Assembly (NCBI GenBank): GCA_965649765.1
Contig: OZ287754.1
Span: 24,800,001 to 24,864,000 of the forward strand
Reading direction: 5' to 3'
DNA: 64,000 nt
From: Bispira polyomma
Lineage: Eukaryota
The notes beneath the pieces were generated by a model. The model was not told the origin of the DNA. It did no database searches and worked only from the letters and a program-made list of their open reading frames with translations. A program made the position numbers and the translations under genes. Below are positions 25,811-37,687 of the stretch, piece after piece; position 1 is the stretch's first letter; each line of letters starts with the position of its first letter.

Positions 25811-26391
25811 GAGACGATGACTGCAATAACCATAAACCCCTTCACCACCTATGGAGAGTAATTCTACTATACTGAGAGAGAAAAACTTTGACCCCCTTCC
25901 ATGACGTACCAGGTGACATTTTTGCTACTACTTATTACCTGACAAAATAAACCAAATATTTAATTTTATGTTAAAAGCACTGTACCACATAGATTGTATT
26001 CCTCTGTGCTGAGGAAGCTTTATAATACTATTGTATAGCATCGACTGCTGGCCGACGGACATGGCATTGGCAAATAGAAATGGCCGTCATCTGCTGGTTG
26101 ACAAAGTCGTCAAGAGGTTTATAATAACTGATTTTGCAAAATTATAATAGTAAGGTTAAAGATGAAATTCTTTACAAGTACAGAACAATTATAATTGTTT
26201 TATCGTTAACATTAGAGTGGTGCCAGGTACACGTAACATGTGTATAGTAACAGCAAAAACCGTTTTACATTCAAAGGAACAAATATCATTCCATTGATAT
26301 GCCAAATGAGTTGATCTCATTATAAGATTATTTCCAAAAAGCACAAATAAGTTTATTCTGGTTCATAATGACAAAGCAATTGAAGAGTTTA

Positions 26392-27458
26392 ATGCCGTGG
26401 TCACACCGAGTACGTTCGTGTTACGTTTTTTATTCATAAACAGGAGAAAACGAACTGAAAACCGTGGGAAAATGGACAAACGTAGCAAAAATCAAATGTA
26501 TGGGCCGTTTTGTACAGGTTCAGTACGGATCTGTACACATTTGTACATGCATTTAATACGTTTTATTAGCTTTTTCAATTATGTTTACCTCATTAGCCAC
26601 GTTTTAATAATATGTGAGCCTGGTTAGCCACGTTATAGCCCTATTAGCCACGTTTTAGAACTACACTAGTCACGCTTCTAAACCCGTTTCAGTCTCGTTC
26701 CCCTCGTTTTTAACGTTTGTAAACCTGTTTCGTGCTTGTTCTCCTCTTGCCTAATATTATGTGTATGTAGAGTTTGTTTTACTCCCGCTCTACATGTCAA
26801 ATATGCATTGAGTATGTTTCATACGTTTGCCGCAAACGCACCACCTGTTTCCAGAAATTTTTGCAGCAAACGGCTAAAAACGTAAAAAATTTCGAGCAGT
26901 CCAAAAATTAAGATGTTTTTTTAAAAGCAGGAGATAACAAAACTTGAGGTACCACCTTTTCCTTACGTTTACTTCCGTTTCTTCTATTTACTACGTTTTA
27001 CCTTACATTAGCCATTTTCCGTGCGAAAGCGAATCGTAAGCCCAGTGTGACCACTGCATAAGGCGAAGATTGATTGATTTATTAATTGTTAACACCTAAC
27101 AACATAATTACAGAAATTACACATACTCTCACATTTCATCATAATGTTCTTATTCATGCCGTAGTCACACTGAGTTTTACTTTCATCCACTACGTTCTAC
27201 CTTATGTTAGCCATTTTTCGTGCGTAAGCGAAGCGTAAGCCCAGTGTGACCACTGCATAAGGCAAAGATTGATTGATTTATTAATTGTTAACACCTAACA
27301 ACATAGTTACAGAAATTGCACGTACTCTCACATTTCATCATAATGTTCTTATTCATGCCGTGATCACACTGAGATTTACTTCCATTCACTACGTTTTACC
27401 TTACGTTAGCCATTTTTTGTGCATAAGCAAAGCGTAAGCTCAGTGTGACCATGGCATC
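26392..27458. mobile_element. Harbinger-type MITE (26392-27059) followed by two ~100-bp mini-derivatives in a ~198-bp tandem array
   Basis: TIRs atgccgtggtcacac / gtgtgaccactgcat flanked by TTA/TAA. Similar TIR pairs at 27156-27258 and 27355-27457, separated by duplicated spacers. Confidence 0.75.
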
Positions 27459-27469
27459 AAGTTTAGATT

Positions 27470-28293
27470 TATATCAGTTTTACAACATACATCTTTTGAA
27501 TTAACACTATTTTTTTTGGAACTATTAAAGTTCTTTGGCTAACATCTGGTTGTAGAATTTCCTATTTATTTGCACCACTATTCTCTGTTTACCAGCATTT
27601 TCTTTTTAGTATTAAATTCTGGATGATTCGCAATCTTTCCTAGCACTTTAGCACAGTGCCATCAGTAATGCTTATAGTTTCCATGGTCCCCCTTATAAGT
27701 ACATTTACCATTGTTGAATACTCTGCAAATGTTCCTGTGTTCTCCAGCCCTCTTGCTTTGATTCTGCCCATTCACCTTGCCCAACTGCGACACATTGAGT
27801 CAAATAATTGCCCACTGTGTGTTGTCTTGCCATAAGAGGCACCCCTCTACTACCTTATGCATGTTCAAAGCCCATGCTGAGCTAACTAATGAAAGCGAGG
27901 TCGAGTCCTAAAGCGCCGCCAACTGGGGTAGGGACATGTCTTCGAAAGCGGGTTTCTTCTTAGTTCAAATTTGACTCTAGCCACCTCAGTATTGACAGCA
28001 TTTTTTCAAATGCTTCGTTCGGCGCTGAATGAACTACAGAGGTCACTGTACCGCTAGGTGGCAAGTTGGTGATTTTAGATTTTTAGTTTAGAAGTCCATA
28101 TGTGGACTGTTCTGGCCAAAGTACTGAGGAAGTTAAAGAACCGGCTGCTTCGTTTAACTGAATTTGAATGCTATGAGGTACACCATCTGATACCTAACCC
28201 CTACTGTTTGTAGACATCCCCACATCATTGGACTTCTTGGGTTTTTTTCCTTTGCCCGTTCGCATCACTGGTGTTTTTTTCGTTCTTTCCATC
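27470..28293 (-). mobile_element. Decayed gag remnant of a tyrosine-recombinase retrotransposon
   Basis: Minus strand reads MERTKKTP..., KKKPAFEDMSLPQLAA, AWALNMHKVVEG, FNNGKCTYKGDHGNYKH..WHCAKVLGK..HPEF, homologous to the gag at 56578. Ends in TAG at ~27562-27564. Confidence 0.85.
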
Positions 28294-28952
28294 TTATTGT
28301 TGTTTAAAATATATAATCAGTATGTTGGTGGCCATGTAAAAACCACAGACGAATAATAACAAAAACTAAAAACTTTAAACACACATACTGACATTCAATT
28401 CCGATACACTAAAATTTTCTTTGTTGCTTGTTCAGTTTTAAAATTCACTATTCTCATCTAAAGCCCCAGTCACACAGTCCTACCAACCAGTTGTAGAGCT
28501 GCTGTGATCTGGAAATCAAAGAAAAACGGCCAATCACTGGGGACTACTTGGGATATTTTTAAGATTTTTAAGTTGCCTACCACTCTGGTGATGACCAGCA
28601 TTCAATCCATGGCAGCTCTCCAGACCTTGTAGCGATCAACTGAGATCTGTAGAGACTGGTTGTGTGATGGTTGGCGACTTGCAAAACCTCTGTGCGATTG
28701 TCGGTGTCGAGTCCGAGATCGCTGTGCAACTATCAGAGACTAGTCGCCATTTTCTGCATGATGGTGGCACATCCATCGCAGACCTCTTCAGGAGCATATT
28801 GATCTGGATATAAATACTGGTACCAATGCTGCAGCCATCAGTATGAAATGAGTTATTGAATAGTAAACATAGTGGTTAAAAAAATAGTAGTTAGACAGTA
28901 GTTAGATAGTAATTGCATAGAATATACTGGTCCAGCAGCAGCAGATCAAATC

Positions 28953-30173
28953 ATGACTGTGAGAAGGCATCGTCAGCAGCAGCAGGTAGCTGGCCTAGGA
29001 TTGCTGTTATACCTCAGGAGGAGAAGAAGGAGGGCCAGGCAGTACTGGGTGAGGCCCTGGATCAGCAGGCGCCTGCAGTTTGGGGACTATGACAACCTTA
29101 CGGTGGAGCTAGACATAGAATCACACGGTGATTTTCTGAACTACCTCAGGATGGAACCAGCGATGTTTCGAGAGTTGCTGAACAGGATGACACCAAGAAG
29201 GACACCAACTGGAGGCCTGTGCTACAGCCTGGTATGAAGTTGGCCATCACCTATCTGGCATCTGCTAACAGCTACCACAGCCTGAGCTATGTATTCTGAG
29301 TGCCCCACAACAGCATTTCTGTGTTTGTGAGAGAGATATGTGAGGCCATAGTGAAAGAATACGGTGCAGAGATGGTGACTCTGCCTACAATTCCGGATGG
29401 CTGGCATGCACTGAGTGACAGATTTGCAACCAGTTGGAACTTTCCTTATGCTGTGGGTTCAATTGATGGAAAACACATTGCAATCAAGGCTCTTAAGAAC
29501 TCTGGCTCAGTGTACCATAACTACAAGGGATTCTTCTCTATCATCTTCCTTGGTGTTGTCGATGCAGATTACCGCTTCATCTATGTAGAAGCAACGGTTG
29601 GCAATGGTTCTACGTCGGATTGTTCCTTGTACAACAATTCTGACCTGAAAACAAAATTGGACAATGGGACACTGGGTCTACCACCGACTGAGGCATTTCC
29701 ACATGATGTTCAGGACATACCTTACTCCTTCATTGCCGATGATGGCTTTAGTTTGCCCCCCCCCCTACATGATGAAGCCATTCTCCCAATGCAACATGAC
29801 AGAAGAAGAGCAAATTTTTAACTACAGGTGATCTCGTGCTCGAAGATTTGTTGAGAATACCTTTAGTATCCTTGGCAATCCGTTTTGCGCCCTGCTGACT
29901 ACTCTTTAACAAGACCCAGAAACTGATAAGTCAATTGTGTTGCCGTGCATTTAGTTGCACAATTCAATGCGTACAAGTATCCAGCCTTGCAGAATGCAGC
30001 AATGGACCAAGAGGGGAACGATCACCAACTCATGCCTGGAGGGATGACACTGTCTTGGCAGACTGCCAGAATGTCCCACACAGTTTTCATGTAGGGCCAA
30101 GAGACAGAGGAAAAACTTAAAACATTATTTAAATAGCGTAGGTGCTATACCATGGCAGAGAGAGATGCTTTAA
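28953..30173 (+). pseudogene. Harbinger (HARBI1-like) DDE transposase with stops and frameshifts
   Basis: YWVRPW, NYLRMEP..F.ELL, GSIDGKHIAI, YHNYKGFFSI, VDADYRFIYV, FIADDGF, ARRFVENTF. Confidence 0.92.
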
Positions 30174-30487
30174 TAAGTGACTGTGACTATATGTGGTGAT
30201 GTTACGTTATGTGATTTTTACATTTGTTATTTGAAATCAATCAATCAATCATTCCAGTGAATTGTTTATACAATAAATTGCATCTACACAGAAGTTTATT
30301 TCAGTGTTCTCATTATCTTTCTTAAAATTAGTAGGCCATGACCATAGTAATCCAGAATAATGTTTAGCTAGCAAGTGAACCACAGGAGACCACAAGAAAT
30401 CATTACCTTGATCTTGATTACTATAAGTTTGATCTTGTCTCATCTCCAAATAATAAATGTTTTGGTAAAATTAAGCATGACACTTCA

Positions 30488-32580
30488 AATATTGTACACC
30501 AATATATCTTCATGTGTAGGTAATAATGGCTGTTACTCTCAATATTTTCAGCTAACACGTGGAATTAGACAAGGTTGCCCAATTTCTCCTCTACTTTTTC
30601 TTCTTGTTGCAGAAATAATGGCCATATATATAAGACACAAAGATGCTATCAAGGGACTGGCTGTAAATGGATGTGAATTCAAAATTAAAATGCTAGCTGA
30701 TGATAAAACTCTTTTTTAAAAGAATATGGCATCTGTTGAAGAAGCCGTTCAACAATATAAGAAATTTTCTCAATGTTTGGGGTTAAAACTCAATCTTGAC
30801 AAAACTAAAATAATACCAATTGGTACAAATGTCCATAAAATTATCACCACTCCTAAGTCAATCAATATGGTTAAAATAAAAACACTGCATTTAAAACATT
30901 AGGGATTTGGTTTTCCAAAAGTAAAAAAGAAATGGTTGATTTAAATTTTAACGTTAAGATAGAAAATATGAAAAAGATACTTTTTATTTGGAACTCACGA
31001 AACCTATCACTAAAAGGGAGAATAATAATCCTAAAGTCGCTAATTCTGCCACAAGTTTTATATCTTTTTAATGTTATTTATGTACCAAAAGAGATTTTAG
31101 ACCAAATTAATACCATGTTTTTATCATTTTTGTGGAAAAATAAACCTGCAAAAGTTAAAAAAGATACCATTGTTGCATCAATTGAAGATGGTGGGCTAAA
31201 AATGGTAGACATCTATTCTATGCATACAGCAGCTAAATGTAGCTGGATTAAAAGACTTGCCTATAATGATAATGCTAATTGGAAAATATTGACATACAAA
31301 ATGCTCTCTCTAAATGAAAATTTACTAATAAAAATTTCAGTTTTATCTCTACAAAAAAGTGCTTGGCAATGTTCCATCAACAAGTTTTAGAAAGCTGGTA
31401 TAAAGTCTACTGTACAACTCCTGACAATGAAACCGAGATATTAAATGAATATATTCTTTATAATAAAGAAATTACTATAGCTAAGAGGCCAATATCCAGA
31501 ACTCAATTTCCGAACAAATTTAGCTATAACATTAAAATGATAGATATCTTGGACCAAAATGGATATATTTTACAAAGACATGAATTAAACCGAAGGCTAA
31601 ATTGCAAGCTTAAGCCAAATGTTCTACAACTCTATTGTGAGTTCCATTCCAAAATTGTGGAAGGGAAAACTAAAACTTTATTCCATAGATCGTTGGAGTG
31701 ATGAAATTCATTTGAATCTTTCTAATAAATGGATTCCATTAAAAAAAATTACCTGTAAACAAGTTTATGAAGAACAAATAAGGAAAATAACTAAAACACC
31801 AACTGCAATTGAAAGCTGGATCGAAACTTATCCTTTCTTGGAATCTCATCATTGGACTGAAACTTTTACACTGCCGTATAAATTTTTAATAGAACCTTAC
31901 CATCAAAGTTTTCAATACAAGATAATTAACAGACTTTTAAATTGTAATTACAACTTATATAAGTGGCACATACTGACTTCACCAAATTGTTTGTACTGTG
32001 GGAGTGTAGACACAATTTCTCACCATTTATATGAATGTCAAGAAAGTATAAAATTCTGGAAAAAATTGGAGGATTGGATCTATAGTTACATAAACACAAG
32101 GTTTAACTTTACTGTATGTGAAGTGCTATTTGGAATACCTTATACACATGATCCCATATTAGAAACCATAAATTATATTTTAACTCTTGGAAAATGGTTT
32201 ATCAATAAAAAAAAGAACAAATAAGAATAGTCTAATATTCTTTGAATTTATTTTAGTTTTGAAAGAAAAATTTAAAGTTCTCTGCACAACAAAAATGCTT
32301 AAAGGAATTACACCAGACAAATATTATTATTATGAATTATTATACAAGAGTTAATAAAATGTTGTTTTGTTTCAAAACATGTAATAGAAATGATATATCT
32401 GAGACTGATTAATAAACATATTATCATAGTAATGTTGTATTATGTTTGTCTATTTCTGAGTTCTCTTGTTTTGTAATACTTGTATATTGTAATGTTGTAT
32501 TGTATTGTAATTTAAGTATATATATATGTAAAAAAAAAACAATCAAAAAAAAGAAATGGTAAAAAAAAAAAGAAAAAAAA
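30488..32580 (+). mobile_element. 5'-truncated L1/Tx1-clade LINE inserted in the Harbinger element
   Basis: RGIRQGCPISP, LADD, C-terminal CLYC...HHLYEC zinc knuckle, A-rich tail at 32530-32580, 14-bp TSD agcatgacacttca (30474-30487 / 32581-32594). Confidence 0.92.
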
Positions 32581-32624
32581 AGCATGACACTTCACAACAT
32601 TTATTATTTGAAGTCGGTCTGTGT

Positions 32625-32768
32625 TATACACCAAAGGCCAAGTTCAAGTACGAAATGTTCAAGTTAAACACCAAAGGTCAAGTTTGAAATGTTCAAGTTA
32701 TACACCAAAGGTCAAGTTTGAAATGTTCAAGTTATACACCAAAGGTCAAGTTGGAAATGTTTAAGTTG
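32625..32768. repeat. Minisatellite, ~34-bp unit, about 4 copies
   Basis: tacaccaaaggtcaagtttgaaatgttcaagtta repeated head to tail. Confidence 0.85.
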
Positions 32769-33089
32769 ATTTCATGAAGGTAAATTGGAAATGCATTAAT
32801 TTATTTCCAAGTAAAAAAGTCAGTAAGTAACATAAAATTCATTTATTTAACAAAATATCATCCACTTAAATATTATATACATGCATATGCCACAGTGTCA
32901 CAAATGTCACAATATCACAGTTCCCACTAGCACCCCACCGCACCAACATAACAGTCGCACAACCACCGATGTTCCCCGTCTACTGCTGTGCCTGGCCACC
33001 ACTACTTTGGTCACACGCATAGATGTACGTCACCACATCTCCAGTGCCAGCCTTAGTTGTTTGAGTGGGCTGACCTTGAGGTGTCCATT

Positions 33090-34952
33090 ACCCCTGTATG
33101 GTGTTCAGCATGTTTAATATGCCCAAGGTGTTAAGAATCCCAAAACCACTCTGTGATAGGTTCAGCTGTTCTTGTTGTGGTGTTGGTGGTGACCAGATGT
33201 TTGTTGGTGTGAACGAACTTGAAGCAGATGCTTGGCCAGGCGGAGCAGAGGAAGGCCTAACCCTGGTCTGGGAGAAGAATGTTTGTTGGGGTGATGGCCG
33301 GTGTACCGCTGGTTGGTTGGCTGTCTTTTGGCGCAACATGGCCTGAAAAGTCTCCTGTATAAATGTATCCCACTGCTAGTCGGTGAGAGATTCCACCTTC
33401 AGCCCAATCCAGTGGCAAAAAGACATTCCGGGGTTGTTGGCCACAGTCACCTTAGACTGCAGCGGATCGGTGCATTTGGGGGTGGAAAACTGGTTGGCCA
33501 GCTGTATAATGGTGTCATCATTCCTCCGGGCGCTACTCTTTCCTGGCTTTGGCCCCAAACCCTGAGCGGCGCTGTTGGGGCTGGTGCGGGGCTGACCAGG
33601 CTGGCTAGAATTGGAAAGGGTGGGGTGGGTGAGGCTTGACTTTGCTCTGGTCTCAAAAGTACGTGGAGAGGGAAGATTGGAGATCTCCTCATCATCCTCA
33701 TCATCCATGATTGGCAGGGGAGGCACCATTCCAAGCCTACGACTCTCAGAACGGGCCACCAGATGCGCCTCCAGGAATTTGAAGGATCCCAGTGTCCATG
33801 TCTGGTGTGCAGTTAGCGCCATAGTTGTCTGGCATGACTTTGTCTTTTTTTCAGCTTGCCATAGATGGTCCACATGGACTTAAACCATGTGCTGATTCGA
33901 TCATCTAATGAAAAAGTACAAGGACAGCTGTTAAGTATAATGGTAAGTATTTGGGTAAGTATTTGGGTAAGTACATAATAAACCCAGTTACAGCAATAGC
34001 TCTGGCCTGTAAATAAAATGTGTTTTAATACACAATAACTGGTAAAATGAGATAACTGGTCAACCCAAGCCTACTGTTAAGCTAAAACAAATGCAGTTGC
34101 AGGTGTAATTAGATAGTAATATAACTTATTACTATTAACTTATTACTTGCAACAACCGGAATAATAAAATCATATAAAAAAACTCTACTGACAGTAATTT
34201 AATATTGTAAAGCGGATGTGAATTAGATAATTACATAACATTTGACAGGTTCCTTACAATTACATACATTAAAATTTAACTCGAATGTAAAAATGAAATA
34301 TATGCAGTCACAATTTTAATTAAATATTAATACTTATTACTACCAACAACCGGAATAATAAAAAACTTCACTTACAGTCACTTGATATTGTAAAGCTGAA
34401 CTGAAATAGATAATTACACAACATTTTGCAAGTTTCTTAAAAATTACAAACATTACAATCTAAACCCAATGTAAAACTGAAATACATGCAGACACAATTG
34501 TAATTAGACATTAAATGCAACTTACCAGTGAGCCCCATGCTCTCTCCCTGTCTGGCCATCAACTGGGACTTCTTGGCCCTGTTCTTAAAGTCACATAGCG
34601 ACTGGTCATAGAAGAGGGGCTGCGTTGCCAAAAGGGTCAAACAACTGCTGCTCCTGGTCATCTGACAATTGGTCAGTCACCTTTGCCTTCTTGCTCAGCC
34701 CCTCATAATTTTCCTCATTCTTTCATTCATGTCTGTATGTGCAGGGTCAGTATTCACATTGCCGGTGTCAGTTAAGCCCACACTCCCTGTGGCCAGGCTA
34801 GTTTCAGTGCCTGGAATGGCTCCTTCCTCAGTTGTACCTGTGCTTGGTGGACCCTCTGGTACAATGGTACCAGTACCCTCACCCTCAGCTGTGATATTGG
34901 CTTCAACAATCTTTAACACAACCTCAGCCAACTCAGTTTCTTCCTGAAACAT
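33090..34952 (-). pseudogene. Harbinger Myb/SANT-like (MADF) DNA-binding protein, spliced and decayed
   Basis: QPLFYDQSLCDFKNRAKK, then a GT-AG intron (34525-33905), then DRISTWFKSMWTIYGKLKK..LTAHQTW..FKFLEAH. Confidence 0.75.
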
Positions 34953-35848
34953 GGGTTCCTAAGACAAAAGAAGTTATTTAGTATCTCCCTTCTTCTTCCA
35001 CTTCCGATTGGTCGCCATCCTGTGGGGGGGATTTTAAAATAATAGAAGAGCGTTCTCCGATAATTTGATTTGTCGGCGATAGGGGTGATAGGTGGTGAGA
35101 CCACTCGGGGATTTGTTACAGACCGGTGAATAGTCGTTGGGGATTTTTTTTGATGGTAGACATGTTGGCGACAAGTGGTGACACTTCTCGGGGATTGTTT
35201 GCACAACCCTAAGGGATAAGGGATTTGATAAGAGATTAGTCGCCGTCTTGCTAAGATCACGAAATATTGCTTTTTTGAACGACAACCCATCTTCAGGCTG
35301 GTCGGAGACAGATTTAAGATAGGTTGCTGATTAAAAATATCAAAGACCAGTTAAGATCAACAAGGATGGCAAACCCAAAACTAAGGGATTCAAATGCTGT
35401 GATTGGATGTTGGCAATGATAGAGAGAAGAAATCAATAGCATTAGATCTAATGGTAATTTTTATTAAGGTAGTTGGTGAACTAAACTGCTTGTGCTTTAG
35501 ACTGAATCAGCAGATATACATGATTTTGCATACGTTATAGATACACATATAGGAGACAATGTTCATAAAATAGTAATGCCAGTTAGAGTGAATTCTTAAA
35601 TTATTTTTAAGGTATATGTTAGTAGACCAGGTATACTTACAATAAATTAATACTCTGCAAATAGATAACTGACATTAACAAACTTAAAGATATGTTATAA
35701 TACAAAAGACAATAATAATTAGAGAGCAATGCGTATTCTCAATTGATTCAAAATATCAGTCCTACCAATATTCTAATTTGATATACTTCTTGCTCATACA
35801 AGTCACACCAATATTTCGGCAGATTGCCCAGCACGACCACTTTAGGGG

Positions 35849-36070
35849 ACTGTGACTAGCACGACCACTTCAGGGGACTGCTGTATCAGTTCACATCACA
35901 ACTTTAATTACCATTTTAAAAACACTTCTGGTTAATGCTGTTCATTGAACCTTATCAGCCATAACCAATCACCTATTGACCTCCCTCCTGAAATAGCTTA
36001 TACTGCCCCAACTTCTGGCACCATTTTGAAAGCAAGCTTCCACCAGTAAACACTGGAAAAAGTTAAAATT
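35849..36070 (+). repeat. Split direct repeat A1
   Basis: 222 bp; 2 mismatches by eye versus 47067-47288. Confidence 0.95.
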
Positions 36071-36206
36071 GGAATCTTGTTTTATGTGCTTTTAAACTGA
36101 GTTAGGATTTTACTTTTTTACATTAAGCTTAAGTATACATTTATATACATATATTATACCGGGTAAAGACTTACTAGTGCAGTTCTAGCACACTCGTCTT
36201 ACAATT

Positions 36207-37319
36207 ATGGGAAGAACGAAGAAAACTCCCGGTAGTGCACCTCAAGCAACTAAGAAACCAGTGACCACCAGGAGGGCTGCTTCTGCAAAGATTAAAGACC
36301 CTGTGGTAAGGAACTTAAGAGACCCGTTAGCCGAGTCAGAGATTTCTATGGGGGGATCTAACGGATTGTCCGGGGTAATGGCCATATTGCAGCGTCTCTA
36401 GTTGGCAAACGCTGACATTAACAAAAGACTAGACCAAGTTGAACTGAAAGGGTCAGTTAATTCAACCCCTTTGACGTCCCCTGTAATACTAGTCAGGAAC
36501 AACACTATGCTAGATTTACGTCCTCACGTAGCGTTGCCATTACCCCCGAATCTGCGTCCAGGTCAGACTGCTCAGCAGCTGGGTCACTCAACTTCGTATA
36601 CTGGCCACCAACATCACGACTACCAATGGGACGGCATCATTCCCAGGCTTGATGTTCTGAAATCCATTCCGGACGTTAACGCCGCTGTGAACCAAAGGCT
36701 TGCTGCATATGACACCCAACTACGACAAGACTTATCCCAAGGTAAGACGTCCTTACGCCAAAAGTCCGGCTGTTACAACACCACAGACGTATATGGTGTG
36801 GAACCTCAGTCACGTTGGGCTAATGAGGGATGGATAGGGGGAACAGCCCGAAAGAGGCCAAGCTTCGATGATCTTACTATGCCCCAATGGGCAGCTGGGC
36901 AACTTGCCAACATCACCCAGGTTTCCGACCCTAATCTGATGAGGCAAATGCTGCACCAGAGGATATACTCGCTCCGGGATGCAGACGCGCTACCATGGAC
37001 GGCAGTGAGGGCAGCATGGGGCGGAAACATGCAGCAGATCGAAGAGGGGCGACTCGACTGGTCGAACTTGAACCGCCTTAGCACTTCTCAGTTGGCACTC
37101 GTCAACCCTCAGACCACGCACCAGGCTCAGAAGGCAAAAGTTTTGTGCAAATACTATAATAATGGTTCTTTCAATAATGAAAATGATCATGGCCAATATA
37201 GGCATATTTGTAATTACTGTTACCGTAACCTAAACAAAGAAAGTGCTCACCCTGAACATAAATGTAACAAAGCGAATGCTACTAAGAAGCCATCTGATGG
37301 CAACCAGTTAACAAAATAG
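36207..37319 (+). pseudogene. gag-like ORF1 of YR retrotransposon 1 (one internal stop at 36399-36401)
   Basis: Same frame across the stop. C-terminal CKYYNNG...HICNYC...HPEHKC zinc-finger region. Homologous to 56578-57942. Confidence 0.88.
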
Positions 37320-37687
37320 GTAGCTAGTCAACGACCAAGTGGATGAACAATTGAACATGTTGTAAATTGCAATAATTTTTTTTATTATATTATTTTTTTT
37401 TTCTCCAGTGCACAAGTACACGTTAATATATAGAAACGTTTAACACCACAACACACTAGTATCAAATGATTGAACAAATTTACATCAAGATATTCATGTT
37501 ACTGACTTCAAGAATTTACATCATATAACGTTTAACACCATAACACGCTAGTATCAATAATTGTATAACTTTACATCTAGATATTGATGTTACTGACTTT
37601 GGGAATTGACAATATTCTGTTATTTAATTTTACATACAATATTTCTTACATTTACCGCTCTAAAAAAAAAAAAAAAAAAAAAAATTT

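Larger units (their letters stand above)
28462..35320. mobile_element. PIF/Harbinger DNA transposon, decayed (convergent transposase and MADF genes); right end not defined
   Basis: TIR-like agccccagtcacac preceded by TAA, DDE transposase on the plus strand, Myb/SANT-like gene on the minus strand. Confidence 0.8.

Noticed and set aside
32625-32768. CRISPR-like array (also 27000-27460)
   Set aside because: Units are head to tail without unique spacers, there are no cas genes, and the context is eukaryotic.
33088-35290. Many overlapping short ORFs on both strands
   Set aside because: Explained as shadow frames of the GC-richer, frameshifted Harbinger MADF gene and subterminal DNA.
36399-36401. 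TAG inside gag of element 1 as a second readthrough site
   Set aside because: Elements 2 and 3 have Glu at the aligned codon (KRLETSN, QHLEKAN), so this is a simple nonsense mutation.
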